From the NCBI GenBank assembly GCA_001179505.1, contig CDMY01000285.1, positions 62,001-126,000 on the forward strand: a stretch of 64,000 nucleotides of DNA, read 5' to 3'. A program made the translations under genes and the position numbers. Origin of the DNA: Vitrella brassicaformis CCMP3155 (taxonomy: Eukaryota > Protista > Chromerida). The number at the start of each line of letters is the position of its first letter. Position 1 is the stretch's first letter. This document shows positions 1 through 14,000 of the stretch, one piece after another. Below the pieces are notes generated by a model. That model saw only the letters and a list, made by a program, of their open reading frames with translations. It was not told where the DNA came from and searched no databases.

Positions 1-1004
1 GTCGGCCGGGAGGGGCGGGGGCGAGGCGGGCACATGACATATGGAGGGAATGAGGGTTGTCGCGTCAAGGCATACAGACAGACACAGACAGACAGAGCAC
101 CCATCCGGTCTATCTAAGTGAGTTGCTTCTCGACAGCTGACTGTTGGGTTGCCGTCTTGGTATCTTGGTATGTTTTCTCAGTCCGCCCGGCCCTGTGGGT
201 GGTGTGTGGGCTGGGGCAAGGCGTGGAGCTGTCCAGACCATGACAGCTGTGGGTGCGGGAGAGTGTGTGTGTGTGTGTGTGTCAGCCACCTCTCAACGGC
301 GCGACTGCCGTGTGCCTGTGCCTGCCTACGGTAGTATTTTTCCCCTTTTTGTAAATGCCTGTGCCAGAGAGGGGGTCGTTGTCTCCAAGAACGAATGAGT
401 GAATGGAATGGAATGATGACTCTCGCTCGGTGTTGGTCAAAACATCTGTCTGTGTCTGTCTGTCTGTCTGTCGGCTTCAAAAAGTGGAGTCACTGGAATC
501 ACTGGAGAGAGAGATAGAGAGAGAGAGAGAGAGCTCCCAAAGAGCTCGCGGCAGGCAGGCCACATGTCAAAGGCATCACATCACACCACATCACACCAAG
601 CCACAACACACACATGCATCCGTCTCTACGACACGCAGCGCTTAAAACGCCCCCTCCCTCCCTCCCTCCCTTTATTCGAGCAGGCAGGCAGGCAGGCAGG
701 CGTCACATCCAGACAGACCATTCGCCGCTCCAAAACTGCCCACACACCGCCCCCTCCCTCTCCCCCCCTTGATCCCTGTGTGGTACCTCATGCAGGCAGG
801 GCAGGGCAGGCTGCACATGTGCATTGCAGCCAGCAATGCACTCACACACACACACGCAGCTGGCTACCTAGTATACCTTCACACATGCCCTCACACACGC
901 ACCCACCCTCTCATGATCGACAGACACCCCACCCCAGAACGCCCCCATGACCCCATACACCCACCCGGCCGCGTGTGTCTGTCTATGGCGTGTGTGGGCG
1001 CCTA

Positions 1005-4000
1005 CTACTGTTGCTGCTGCTGCTGCTGTGGTTGCTCTTGTTGCTGCTCTTGCTGCTGCTCTTGTCCGTTGGTTCCCCAGTAGTGTGTGTGTGTGTGGTC
1101 GACATAGGGGTTGCCGTAGAAGGGGAAGGCCGGCGACGGGCCGTGGGGGTAATTCGCATACAGAACGGGAATCGCAATCGCACCCTAAAAGAGGGAGGGA
1201 GGGAGGGAGGGATGGATCAATGAATGAATGAATGACAGAGAAACATATATGGATGGCGTCGATGACGTGTGTGTGTGTGTGGACGGTTTGTTGATGTCTT
1301 ACCGGTGGAACGGTGAAGCTGAGGTCCATGCTCCCGTCTTGCTGCTGCTGCTGCTGCAAGTCGCCAGCCATTGTCTCGTCCTTGGCTGCCACCTCTCCCT
1401 CCCCCTCCCCCTCAGTGCCGCCCTCCTCCCCTTCAGCAGCCATTTTCTCGTCCTTGGCTGACGTGCCACCCTCCTCCTCCGCCGCCTTTGGTGATGATGC
1501 CGCCTCCTGCTGCTGCTGTAGCTGGTGCTGGTGCTGCTGTGCGATGGCGTGTGCCCACTCCATGGCCGCCGGCGCCATGATGATGGGCATGCCCGTGTGG
1601 GTGTCGTAGCCGATGACGGGCATCTGCATGGCCCCGCTCATGGCCTGCTGGTTGTTGAAGGCCATCTGCGCCATCGTCAGCTCGTCGGGGAAGTATCCTT
1701 GCCCGGTAAAGACGCCACCGCCCGCGGCCACGTAGGGGTTGTGGTACTGCTGCTGCTGCTGCTGCTCGTCATAAGGGCCACCACCAGCACCACCGCCAGG
1801 CACAAACTCTGGCGCATCGGCAGAGAACAGACTGGTGGTGGTCTTGGGCGCGTCGTCGGTCATGCTGACGTCGGTTTCGGCTGGCTGCTCCCCCTCGCGC
1901 TCTCTCTGTTGTGGCTTGTCGGCATCGACGTCCTGCATGGCGACGTCTGCCTCCACTTGATGTGTCGTGCCCTCGTCTTTAAATTGGGGTACTCGCAGCG
2001 CTGTGGCGGGGGCGGCGTCTGTGTCCTTGTCGGTGGGTTTGTCGGTGTCGGTGGCTGTGGTGATGGTGGTCAGGGGGATGAAGCTCTTGATCAGTGGCGA
2101 GCGCTTGCGGGTGGCCTTGGCTGCCTTGTCCTTGTCCTTGTTCTTGGCGGCTCTCTTGGACTGCACCGAGGCCTCGTTGTGCTGCATCGCACCCTAAACA
2201 CCCACACACAGACACACCGGCCTTCATGTCACGTGCGTGTTTGAGGGGAGGGGAGGGGAGGACTGGCTGACCTGGTGGTCTCTGTATTCGATGTCAACGT
2301 CTTGGTTGAATCCGTCATCTTTGCCAAAGATGCTCCGCAGCTCCAAATCAACCACCTCAAACAAAGACGAATCAACCTGCCACACCACACGCACACGCGC
2401 ACACACAGGGAGAGATGAGCAGGCAGGCAGGCAGGCATATCGTCTCTTGCCTACCGTAGCATTCCAGAGGGCGATGGTGTTGCCTCTGGGGCGGATCGAC
2501 AGCACCGCGCCGTTCTGACAAACACAGCCAGCCAAGATCAACCACCACACCAGAGAGAATGCCTCCTCTCCATCACGGGATCTCTCTCTGTCCCGCCCAC
2601 CCCACGTAGTCATCATACCTACCATTTCGTCGTGTCCTGTGAGTTGCATGCCGATCATGCTGAGAACCAGTCGCGTGTAGAAGTCCTGGCTGTCCTCGGC
2701 GGAGAAGGCCCGGATGACCCACCGGCCGCCATCCTCGTTGTGCTCATCCTCCCATATCGGCTTCACACCGTCCCTGCACACACACACACACACACAGCAG
2801 ATGGGGTGGGTGGCTCGGCTCATGTTTGAGGGCCCTTCCTTCTGTCCGTCTGTCTGTGTGCTGGTGTCACTGGTGTCACTCACCTGAAGACGCTGATATT
2901 AGAGAATTTGGGCAGTTTTTTTAAGTCGATGTTGTTCCAGAACCGCCAGTAGTCCTCCACCGTCTCGAACGACCCCATCTCGCACAGATTGCTCTCGTAT
3001 CTCGACGCGTCGTGACCAACCTTCTTCGACTTCGCCCCGGGGTCGAACCTACAGCCACACAACACAAACACAGAGAGCCACACAAACAAACACACTCACG
3101 CACACTATACTGCAAACGGGTTGGTTTCATCTTCCTCTCTGAAGCCACGTTCTCACCAGATGGCCCACTTCTGCTCCAGCCTGATCCGCCTGAGGATCAG
3201 AGCCCCCGCGCCCCTGCCTCCCTCCTGCTGCTGCTGCTGCTGCTGCTGCTGTGCCGTGTCCGCCTCGTCACCACCACCCGCCGCCTTGCCACCCTCACCC
3301 TCGTCGGCCATGGTAACACTCTCTGCTGCAGCCGGCTCCCTGTCGCCACGTGTGGGGGACCTGGTCGATGCGGCCGTCTCGCGCGTCGTCATGGGCGACC
3401 GGCTGGTGGTGGATATGGACATCTCGGTGTTTGACGTCACGGGGGTGTTGGCGGGCGGAGCGGGTGGGGCGAGGGGCGAGGGGATCTCTGGCTGCTGCTG
3501 CTGCTGTGTCACTGCTGGTTGTTGGGAGTTGGGTGGGACGGGTGTGTCGAAGGACAGAACGAACTCAACTTCTTCCTCGTTGTCCTGTGGAGACACGCAC
3601 ACACACACACACACACACACGTGTATTCGATGCGAGTGGACTCGTCTCGTCTCGTCCATGCGGTTCGGTGCGGTGTTTGTGGTGTTGTCACTCACTCACC
3701 GACACGTCAGAGCCCGCCGTGGCCCACCGTATCCGCGGCTTGGACAGTGGTGAGAGCCGGGTCTGGCTGGCTGCCTGTGCCTGTGCCAGTGGTGGTGACG
3801 ACGTCCGGCTGGAAACCGTGAGGTCCTTGTCGTCAGCCCCCTGCTGCTCGTGCTGCACCAGCGACATCTCCGTGTCAGACAACACAGTGTCCTCTATAGC
3901 ACACATCATCACACAGAGCACGCACACCACACCACAACACGTGAAGGCCAGGCCCCACGTCCCTCCCCCCTTCCATGCTCTCCCTCACCTGGCACAGCGC

Positions 4001-5225
4001 AGATCTGTGGTGACCTCTGCGGGCTCACCCCCGGCGACGGGCCGCCGATGCTCGCCGAGAGCATCGGCGACCGCCGAGGGAAAGCCGGCCGCGGCACCGC
4101 CCAGCTGATCGCTCCCCTCGACGGAGCCGACCCGGGTGTGCCGCCCCCAGACCAGTCAGCCCGCCCGGTAGCGAAGCCAATGGTGAGGTCCGACGGCCGG
4201 CTCGTCACAATCAGCGAACTTGTCCTCCTCCTCGCCCCTGCCAGTGGTGGCGAAATGTGGTGAGCCGATGGAAGACGGAGGCTGTTGGCGTTGTTGCCGC
4301 TGCTGATGAGTGGCGAGGGGCGGTTCTGCAGCTGTGGTGACGTCTGCAGGGGGGTGGGTGGGCATGACATTGAGATGACGCCGGGAGAGGGCGGGGGGCG
4401 GGAGGTGGTCTTGGGGACGACGTGGCGCAGGAAGATCATGGCCTGCTGCGGGGACCGTCGGTGCGCCTGACTCTCGTCCGACACCACCTTGGCGGGCCGC
4501 TCGGACAGCGACGGCGAAGCAATCACCACCCGCCCCTCCTTGATGCCTCCACTGATGGCGTGGCCACCAGGAGTCGACAATACACCCGGCGACGGAGGCG
4601 GCGCACACAGACCACCAGCAGGGCCACCACCAGCGGCCCCGCTGACCATGACCAAGGCCGGTGAGTCGGGCAGCGAGCCTCCATGTGACGACGATCGGGC
4701 CACAGACGGGAAAAGGGGCGACCCAATGCTCGGAGGCCGATAGTCCTTCAGCACATACAGATGCCCACTCGCCGTCGGTGCGTGTGCGGGGGTCTGGAAC
4801 CGCCCTGCCGGTGGGCGCGGCGGCCTGCTGCTCGCCGAGTCGCGGAACCTCTCGTATCCGTCTGGTGTGGCGGCGTGCGGGCCGGAGAGGTAGAGAAGCG
4901 ACCCCTTCTCCCTGCCGCCTCCAGGGGACGAAGGCAGGTCATCACGCCCTGTCGATGCTGATCCCGATGCCGTCACAGCAGCCGTCGCGATGAGTGTCCG
5001 CTGCCTGTCGTTATTGGTGCCGGTGGCGTCCTCCACCACTCCCTCTGTCGGCTCGGGGATGGGTGTGAGGGAGGCATCTTGGTGGGAGGTGGTGCCGTTG
5101 GTTGCTGGGTCTTGCAGGTTGGAGAGGGTCTGTGCGAGGAGCGGCGAGATGCCTTTGGGAGGCTTGGGGATGACTGCAGGCTGGCTCCCGGGACTCGGAT
5201 CCTTGTCGTCTTTCGCCTCTTCCAT
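1005..5225 (-). CDS. eIF4E: Very large eIF4E-family cap-binding protein (about 9 exons, ~1,100 aa). The eIF4E domain (~2272-3175) is flanked by long low-complexity N- and C-terminal extensions.
   Basis: Spliced exons give LEQKWAIW / FDPG..RYESNLCEMGSFETVEDYWRFWNNI..FSNISVFR / DGVKPIWEDEHNEDGGRW / GAVLSIRPRGNTIALWN / IEYRDHQ, which are the canonical eIF4E motifs. GT-AG introns join these in frame to ORF 3909..5225 upstream and ORF 868..2187 downstream. The last exon (1184-1005) ends QQQQ-TAG. Confidence 0.9.
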
Positions 5226-5508
5226 GTGGATAACCCCAGATCCACCTAGTCTTCGGCTGTAGACAGTTCAGGGCGGGGATCGGCGGCTGACGCTGATATG
5301 AACGTACGTTGGCCTCTCTGTGCAGTCGGTTGGAAGCGATAATAGAGATCTCGCAAGTGTCGTCCAAAGGGTCCTCAGTCGGAATGCACTCCCTTCACCA
5401 CCACCAAGGAAGGCGAGCACAATCCGTGTAACTAACTGCCCTAACCACTGATGGACGAACAGGGAGCAACCTTATCTACGTTGATCTTGCCGTAGCTGAC
5501 GTGTTGTG

Positions 5509-8500
5509 ATGAATGTGGACATCTCTCGGCCGTCTGCCGCAGCCGCGGGCGAGGGCGACCCTGCGCCATCTCCGACGCCATCGACGACTGTACAGCAACG
5601 TCAGCAGCAGGTGCATTATCTCCTGAGCAAGCTCTACCGCGTGACGTACTTCCACGACCAGCAGCTGGCCGGCGGCGGTGCGGGTAATGGGAGTTTGGTC
5701 ATCCAGGAGTTGTGCGTGTCCCTGTGGAACTCCAAGTTCGACAAGCCGCTGGTGCTGCATTGCCTCGGCGCCTCCCTGGCGCCGCCCACCGAGAGCGTGT
5801 CGGCGTACCTTGCGGGACAGGCCGACAGCCCTCATGAGATGAGCAAGAAGGACCTCTACCTCCCCAGGGAGCTCTATGAGGAGCAGTACAGGGCCAGCAG
5901 GGACTTCCTCGCAGACCTACCAAAGCGAGAGGGTAGGGTGTGTGTGTAGCGGTGTAGGCAATAGGGGAGCGATCGATCGGTTTGTTTATGGGTGGTTTGG
6001 GTGGCTTGGCCAGCTGGTGATGGTTTATGTGCTGTCTGTCTGTCTGTTGTGGTGCACTATAGGTTCGTTGTCGCACTGCGATGCCGTGTGGTCTGGTCCG
6101 CACTTTGCGTACCGGTGCTTCACGTGCGGGACCTCCACGTCATCCTGCATCTGTGTCAAGTGCTTCGAGAACTCTAACCATGTAAGGCCACACATGACGC
6201 GCTACGGACACACGTGTATGTGTGTGTGTTTGTGTGTGTAGGTGGGTCATGATTTCATTATCTACCGGTCTGACTGCGGCGGCTGCTGTGACTGCGGGGA
6301 TCCCGGTGAGCAGGCAGCGTAAGCTTAGGGCCCAAGTCAGTCAGTCAGTCGATTTGAGTGATACCTACGATGAGTAAGTGTCTTGCGTGGCTGCATTGCA
6401 TTTGTGTGTCATTCCATTTCAGATGCCTGGTCACCGTCGGGCTTCTGCCGCTTCCACCGAGGCCCCGACCCCTCCAGAGACCCCACACACCTCCTGCCCA
6501 TGCACACTCGGTAGGTACATGACATGCGCAGCCACACGCAACCACAGCACTGCTCCTCCCACACACACTCACCCCTCTCCCTTCGCACCCTTCGGGCGCC
6601 TGTGTGGTGTGTATATATGTGTGTCATCCATCAGTCGTCGTCTGGACGAGTACGGCCGTGTCCTGGTGCGTGAGCTGCTCTACCTCACCTTCGAGCCGAT
6701 GCTGCACGAGCCACCACCGCCAGACACACAACCTGAGCCACAGCCCCAGCCACTGCCCCAGCCCCCCCAACAGCCCCCCCCAGTGACCCCCCCGCTGCTG
6801 CCGCACACCAGCTCGGCGAGCCCCGGCCCCGCGGCCGACGATATGCCGCCACTCGAGGGGGGCGACGTCACCATGGAGGAGGCTCACGCACAGGAGGCCG
6901 GCGGCGACGCGCAGGGCGAGAGCGAGGGAGGTGAGGGCGGGGGCCCCGAGAGTGAGTGGGAGAGTGAGGAGGGCACCAGGTGGATCACGCAGGCGGGGCC
7001 GCAGCTGCACCGGTGGGGCACGCCGACCGTCACGCCGTTCGTTGAGGACTTGAGGCGGTCACACCGACTAAACAAGAGGGCTGCACTCATCAACGGTGCG
7101 CACGTAGTGTGTGTAGTGCAGTGCAGGGAAAAGCAGAACAACAGCCTTACTGCCTAGTTGGGTCTGGTCTGTCTGAGTGCTCGCAGGATTTTTCCTCAAG
7201 ATGTGTCGACTGCACGACGGCATCCGTCGCAAGTTCGGTCAGATGATGACCGAGTCAATCGTGCTGCCGCCCCAGACCCTCTCGCCGCGGGCTCTCGACA
7301 AGCTCCGGCGGCTCGTCGACCACGAGCTGCACGTGCCGTCGCCACAGATATTCTTCGGCTCAAACGAGACCAACCCATTTGAGTCAGTCAGTCAGTCAAA
7401 GCAGACAGACCACTGCACACCACTGCACCGAAAGACACACATGCTGATGTCATGTCGCTGTGGTGCTCTCTGTGTCTGTGCGCGTGTGTATTGCTTCAGG
7501 TTTGGGTATCCCCAGCAGCGTGACCGTGTGGTGCTTCCGAGCGACCAGATGGTGCCCCAAATTGAGGCCCCTGACCCCACCACTGCCGTCGATCAGATCA
7601 CATTTGGTGGCGAGGGCTGGGGGGAATTAGATCCCATTACATTTCTCCCCATGAGACCTACCCCTGTGGTGACGAGGGACGATCTGCCGCTGACAGTGCT
7701 GGACGTGTTGCTGCGCCACGGCCGGCTGCTGGCGTCTGGGGTGGGGACCGAGGTGACCAACCTGTGGCTGGAACTCATGTTTGACGTCTGGTTCAAACAG
7801 CAGTTCGCCGTCGTCTTCGTCAGGCACTTCAAAAGGTCAGCCAGTTCGGGAGGGAGGGGCGGGAGGGCACACAAAGGGAGAGGAGGGACGATTGTGGAGT
7901 GTGTGTGTGTGTCTAGTTTGGTTGAGGTGGACGACACGGCCTTGGATCGTGTGACGGTGCAGCTGTTCTCCGTCAGAGACCTCACGCGCAAACTCATGAA
8001 TCAACACAACCTGTGAGTAGTGCGGGAGGGACTCAGGGACTCAGGGAGGCAGAGAGGCAGAGATGCAGGGAATGGCACGGATTGACCCGAGTGTGTCTGG
8101 TGTGGTCTGGTCTGGTGTGGTGTGGTGTGTCATCAGGCTGGAGGTGCTCTTCAAGACGCTCTTTGGGCTGCTTGACAGGGCCACCATCACCCCAGACGCC
8201 GGCTGCGAACGGCTCGATGTGCGTAGCGTCGATCAAGATAACCACCAGACACCCATCCTCCACGTGTGTGTGTGCATGAGTGTCTGTGTGTCTGCAGATG
8301 AACCACCCGATCTTCCGGCTGCGTCTGTACGTCCACAGCCTGAGCACCCTCAAGCTGCTCAACGACCACCCGCTGCTGCTGGACCAGGTCATCCGGACCC
8401 CACACATGCGGCTGCAGATGTGGGACAACGGGTGGCTCGAGGCCGTCCAACGCGCAGAGGGGATCAACCCACACACACGCAAGACCGACCGGTGGGCAAG

Positions 8501-11033
8501 GCCAGTGCGTGGGTCGTGTCCTCTTAAGTGATGTGTGTGGTTGTGTGTCGGTGTGGTGTGATGGTCTGTCTGTCTGCAGACACATAGAGTACGACAACCC
8601 GCAGTGGTCGAACGCTCTGTTGTTTGAGGAGCAGATCGCGTCCACGCTCTACCCCATCCTCTACAGATGGAGCAACCACGGTAAGTAAGAAACGGCACGC
8701 TCAAAGGCAGCAAGCTCGGTACCGAGGCACCGAGGTTGTTCCTCACCCTCACCATCTCCCTCTCATCGTGTGTGGGTGCGTGGGCGTGTGTTCGGGTGGC
8801 CATGTCAGAACCTGAGGGCCGTCTGGAGGGCGAGACGTGGTCAGTCAGGCTGGACAGAGAGAGCAGAAGGGGGCCCGAGCTGCTCTGCTCTGCTGACCAC
8901 ATCCATCCGTGTGTGTGTGTGTGTGTGCGTGTGTCAGGTATGCGTTGCTGCGTGCGTGTTGGGGCCGTATGGAGGTCCACCTGTCGAGCACAAAGTTCTT
9001 CAAGGCACCCAAGGAGGGGCAGCGGGACATTGTCGACATCAAAGGCGACGGATGGAGTGAGCAGTGCACCCGCCACCCACGCCACATGGTCCACACGACA
9101 CGACCCCTGGGCGGGGCGGGGTGTGTTGTGTGCAGATGGGGATGTGCTGAGTGAGGCTGAGGAGCGCGGCGGCAAAGACTCGTGGGCGTGCGTTGTCAAC
9201 CGGCACTTCAAGGTAGGGTAACGACAGGCACTGCACTCACTTATGGCTAGCTCTCATGTCTCTCGCCTTTGTGCCTGCAGGTGTCGCGTGACAGTGTGTC
9301 GTTCCACCACCCGCTGTCCCGCCTGACGGCCTACCTCCTCTACGCCACCGCATCGCAAACCGGCACCGCCATCTATGACATGATCGTACGCTCCCCCTCC
9401 CCTCTCCCTCATGCACCCCACCACACCCGCCCCCTCTCTCCCTCTCTCTACCGCTCTTCGAGCGAGCGATCTGGTCCCGTGTGTGTGTGTGGTCTTATGC
9501 ATGCAGGCCCACACGGGGTTCCGGTGTCTGTGCTGTGTGCGTGGTGAGGCGGAGAGGCCTGAGCACATGTTCGTGTCGCCCTCGTCGGCTCTCCTGCTGG
9601 CGGTCGATGGAGCCATCCAAGCCCTGGTCTTCCACCACCAGGTCGGTCGGGGTGGGGTGGTGGCTCCACAGTGCCGCTGAGGTGTCTTTCTGACGCCAAC
9701 ACGTGTGTCTGTGTCTGTGTGTCTGTCTGTGTGTGTGTCAGGTGGTGACGTGCGGCATGTGGCGCCGCAATGGGCCTGATGTGTTCCAGGAGGCCACCAT
9801 CTACACACGCACCGGCAGAAACGCCGCTTGGTACTACCAACCTGAGAGAGAGAGAGAGAGAGAGAGGCGTTATGGTTGTGTGGGTCTCTTCTGCTGTCAG
9901 GCACTCTTACTTATATGACATGGACTTGCTGGCCCTCCGGCTCGCCACGCTGGGATGCCCAAAGGCGGAGACACTCATCTGGTATTCCCCCCCCCCCCCC
10001 CNNNNNNNNNNNNNNNNNNNNNNNNNNNNNNNNNNNNNNNNNNNNNNNNNNNNNNNNNNNNNNNNNNNNNNNNNNNNNNNNNNNNNNNNNNNNNNNNNNN
10101 NNNNNNNNNNNNNNNNNNNNNNNNNNNNNNNNNNNNNNNNNNNNNNNNNNNNNNNNNNNNNNNNNNNNNNNNNNNNNNNNNNNNNNNNNNNNNNNNNNNN
10201 NNNNNNNNNNNNNNNNNNNNNNNNNNNNNNNNNNNNNNNNNNNNNNNNNNNNNNNNNNNNNNNNNNNNNNNNNNNNNNNNNNNNNNNNNNNNNNNNNNNN
10301 NCCCCCCCCCCCCCCACACACACACACACACGATACACACGCGGGAACTCCCACACGCTGCCTCTTCTGGTGTGCGTGTGTGATGTGTGCAGCACGTTGC
10401 TGTATCGCTTTGAGGTATTGCTGGGTCAGCAGGGCGACTACGACTTCAACCTCTACCGCAACGCCCAGGACAAGGCTCTCCGGCGGCACCACCTCGACCT
10501 GGACGTCTACCTCAGCCGCGTGCACGGGCTGCTGCTCACGCTGTGCCACCTGCTGACCTACTCGCACCCACAGCCTCTCGCCGGGCCCATCAATTTCCCT
10601 GCCAACGTCAGAGGTACACAGACCTGGGTGTGTGTGTGTGTGTGTGGGTGTGTGGGTGGACTGGTCGCGGCATTGGTGTGCCTAATATGTGTGTGTCTGT
10701 GTGTGTGTGTGTAGCGATGCTGTGTCACTTCTTGTTTCTGAAGCCCCAGCCACACAGCTCTGTGCTGGACTACCTTCCCAAGGAGGCACAACCACTGCTG
10801 GACGGCCTGCTCAAAGAGGTCAGTCAGTGGCCAGGGAGAAAGTGGGAGGGAGAGGGAGCTTCTGCGATGTCATTCCACCTGTCTCTCTCTCTCTCTCTCT
10901 CTCTCTGTGTTGTGCTGTGTGAAGGTGTCTGACTTCAAACCGTCAGTTGAGAGCCGCAGCCCGGGTCTGTTCCACCCCAAGCCGCACATATGGGCCGAAT
11001 GCGACACACTCTACCCCAACTACAGCTGGTCCG

Positions 11034-11064
<31 letters not shown>

Positions 11065-14000
11065 TTAGTCGCATCGATTTGTGTCATTTCTGTGTGCAGG
11101 AGTGAGATGCAGACCGTCGAGGAGAAGTTGGTAGAGCTGCTGGAAAAGAACAAGGTCAGCCCTCGACCCACAGCCATCCATCCATCCATCAAATTGCCGA
11201 TGTCTGTGTGTGTTGTGTGTGTCCGTCACCAGGGCGGGTCAGATGGTCTGTCGCTGGAGGCGTGTCTGCCCCCTCGGCGTGCCATGCCCACCCTGCTGCC
11301 GCCCTTCGAGGAGGCCTTCGGCGCGTGGGCCACCAGCAAGCCGCTGCAGGCCTTGGGGCTGATGCTGGGCTTCTCCCTGGTCTTTGACGTGGTGGAAGAC
11401 GAGAGCAAGCGGCTCGACACTCGCTCGACGCAGCTCATACTGCACCTCATCCTCAGGCTGCTCATTCATGGTAGGGGGCGCATTGCATTCATCACCCAGC
11501 GGCGTGTGTATTTCTCTCTTGGTGTGTGAGGTCAGATGGCGAGTCTAAGGAGCTGGAGTCGCCCCCGTCGTCTGTGTCGCTGGACCACTGGTCCTTCCCC
11601 CACCTCGCGGGGCACCTGCCACACAAGTCCTTCCTCGCCAACATCGCCACGCCGTTCAAGCTGCCTATACACCCCATCCACCAAAGGTGCGTCGCTTGGC
11701 GCCATCCATCTGTGACGTGCACGCGTGTGTGTTACGCGACACGGGCGACCGGCCGACCCACTAGGTTGTGTTGATCTAATCTAGCTGTGTTGGCTGCGTT
11801 GTGTTGGTGGTTGTGCTTGCTCATGGCAGGCCCGGCCCCGAAGACAATGGCGACCCATTCCCCAGGTCACCACACCACACCACACCACACAGACAGGCAG
11901 CCCCACCAGCTCTCGAACGTGTGTGTCTGTTGGTGTGCTGCCTGTCTGTCTGTCTGTCTGGTGGGGGCTGCCAGTTCTCTGAGCGGCGAGACGGTGGTGT
12001 TGCTCCGGAAGCTGCTCGAGTACGACGCCAATCAGCGCGGGCAGGGCGGGGGCGGCTATGTCACACAAGCCATATTCCACAAGGCGGCCGAGAAGCCGGT
12101 AGGTGCACAAAACTAAACAGAGCACTGCTGGACCTTCCATCTATCCATCCATCCATCCCATCCGCACCGATCAGGTTGGTCGAGCGGTGTTGGATGCGTT
12201 TGCCGCGGAGCGCCGCGGTGCCTCGCCAGCCGCTGGGGAGGCGGCCGAGAGGGCTACTGGTGCAGCGGGCGCTACTGCAGAAGGAGCACCGAGTCCAGGC
12301 GCCGAGGGCACCACCCCGGGGCTCCCCGACCGACAGGCCTGGAAAGAGGTGAAGACGCGCGTGCAGGTGTCAGTCAGCTGACATAAGCATCTTGTTGGGT
12401 GTGGTGTTTTTGTGGTCCAGTCTGTGCGGTCTCGCCAAGCGGCTGTGCTGGAGAGGTTCCGGACGCAGCAGCAGAAGTTCCAGGACACCGACCTCCACAC
12501 AGACCTGCAGAATGAATCAGACCTCTCAAGGGTACCCAAGACGACACGACGGCCACCTGCCCACCCCCTCGGGTGTATCTCTCTCTCTCTGCTGTGCTCT
12601 GTGTCGGTGTGTCGGTGTGGCTGTCTGTGCAGCAGGAGGGCGACGAGGGTCAGCACGAGTGTGTGTTGTGTTTCCAAGTGGAGCCCAACCCCTACAACTC
12701 CTCCAACCCCCTCGGCACCGTCGCCCTCCTCCAGCCCATCGGCACCGGGCCATACCCCAGGTACCGATCCCGGACGCCTCCACCGCCACAGTCGCTGCCC
12801 GGCGGCAAGACCACCGCCGGCAGCGCGCCATCTGGCCCTCCCCCTGCCGCCATTGCCGCGAGTGCGGGCGCCGCGGCCCGAGGACAGAGCGGGCGAAGGT
12901 GGGCGGATGGGCGGGCGGGAAGAAAACGCGTTGGTTCACTGTCTGCCTGTCCGTCTGTCTGTCTGTCTGTCTGTGTCTGTGGTGCCGTTGGTAGTGATTG
13001 GGACATGGAGTGGGCTGCGGCTGACGGCAAGGCTCGTGGGGTGGCGGGGGGCGGGGGATCCGCCAAAGGCACCGTGGCAGAGGACGTAAGCAAGCACATT
13101 TACTCATTGCCACTGGGAAGGGACGGGAGGGTCGGATGCTCTTGAGTGTGTGTGTTTGGTGGTGTGGTGTGCAGCTGTCGGACATGCTGGAGCTGCCGTG
13201 GCGTGTGGAGCCGCGAACCAACTACTACGGCGTCAAGCTGTGGAGCTGCGGCCACAAGATGCACCTGAGCTGCTACCTCAGACACAAAGCCACCGCCGGC
13301 AGGGGCAGACCCACTCGCGAGACGCTCACACCAGAGGCCGTCTTCAACTGCCCCTACTGCGCCCGGCCCGTCAGCTGCCTGATGCCCCTCACACCCTCCG
13401 CCCTGCACACCCCTCTGGCGCCGCCTGAAGCCCCGTTTGGCGAGGCCATGTGTGACGGCGATGTGCCGATGGACCAGGCCACAGAGGAGGGCGACATCGG
13501 CTGGATGGATCTGTTTACCACACTGTGGAAGAGGCGGGCAGAGATTGATCGCTCTGGTGCGTGTGAGGCGCTGTTGGGTCTGGAGACTTTCACGTCGCTG
13601 ATGCAACTGATGCCCGCCGCCCACCGACAGGCACTCCGGGCCGTGTACCACTCCTATAGAAGGGCCAGGTCACTCAAATGCGGTCAACCTGACTGACACC
13701 CTCTCATCCAGCCGATTCTCTCCCTCTCTCTCTCTCTCTCTTTCTCTGTGTGTGTGTGTATCAGTTACGTGTATTACCCGAGTGTGTTGGCCGAGGCGGT
13801 GTTCCTGCGGAGCGAGGCCGACTATGACATGACCCGGGAGGCTCTCATGGATAAGGTCAAGGGCACCGGCAACGTCCTCTACAAACAAATGAGCGGCGCC
13901 AGTGGACTCCCGTCATCGCACAACAAACCACTCGCGGTACATCCGCAAAGACCCGTAGACAGACACGCTGACGGTTGCTCATTCACATGTGTGTGTGTGT

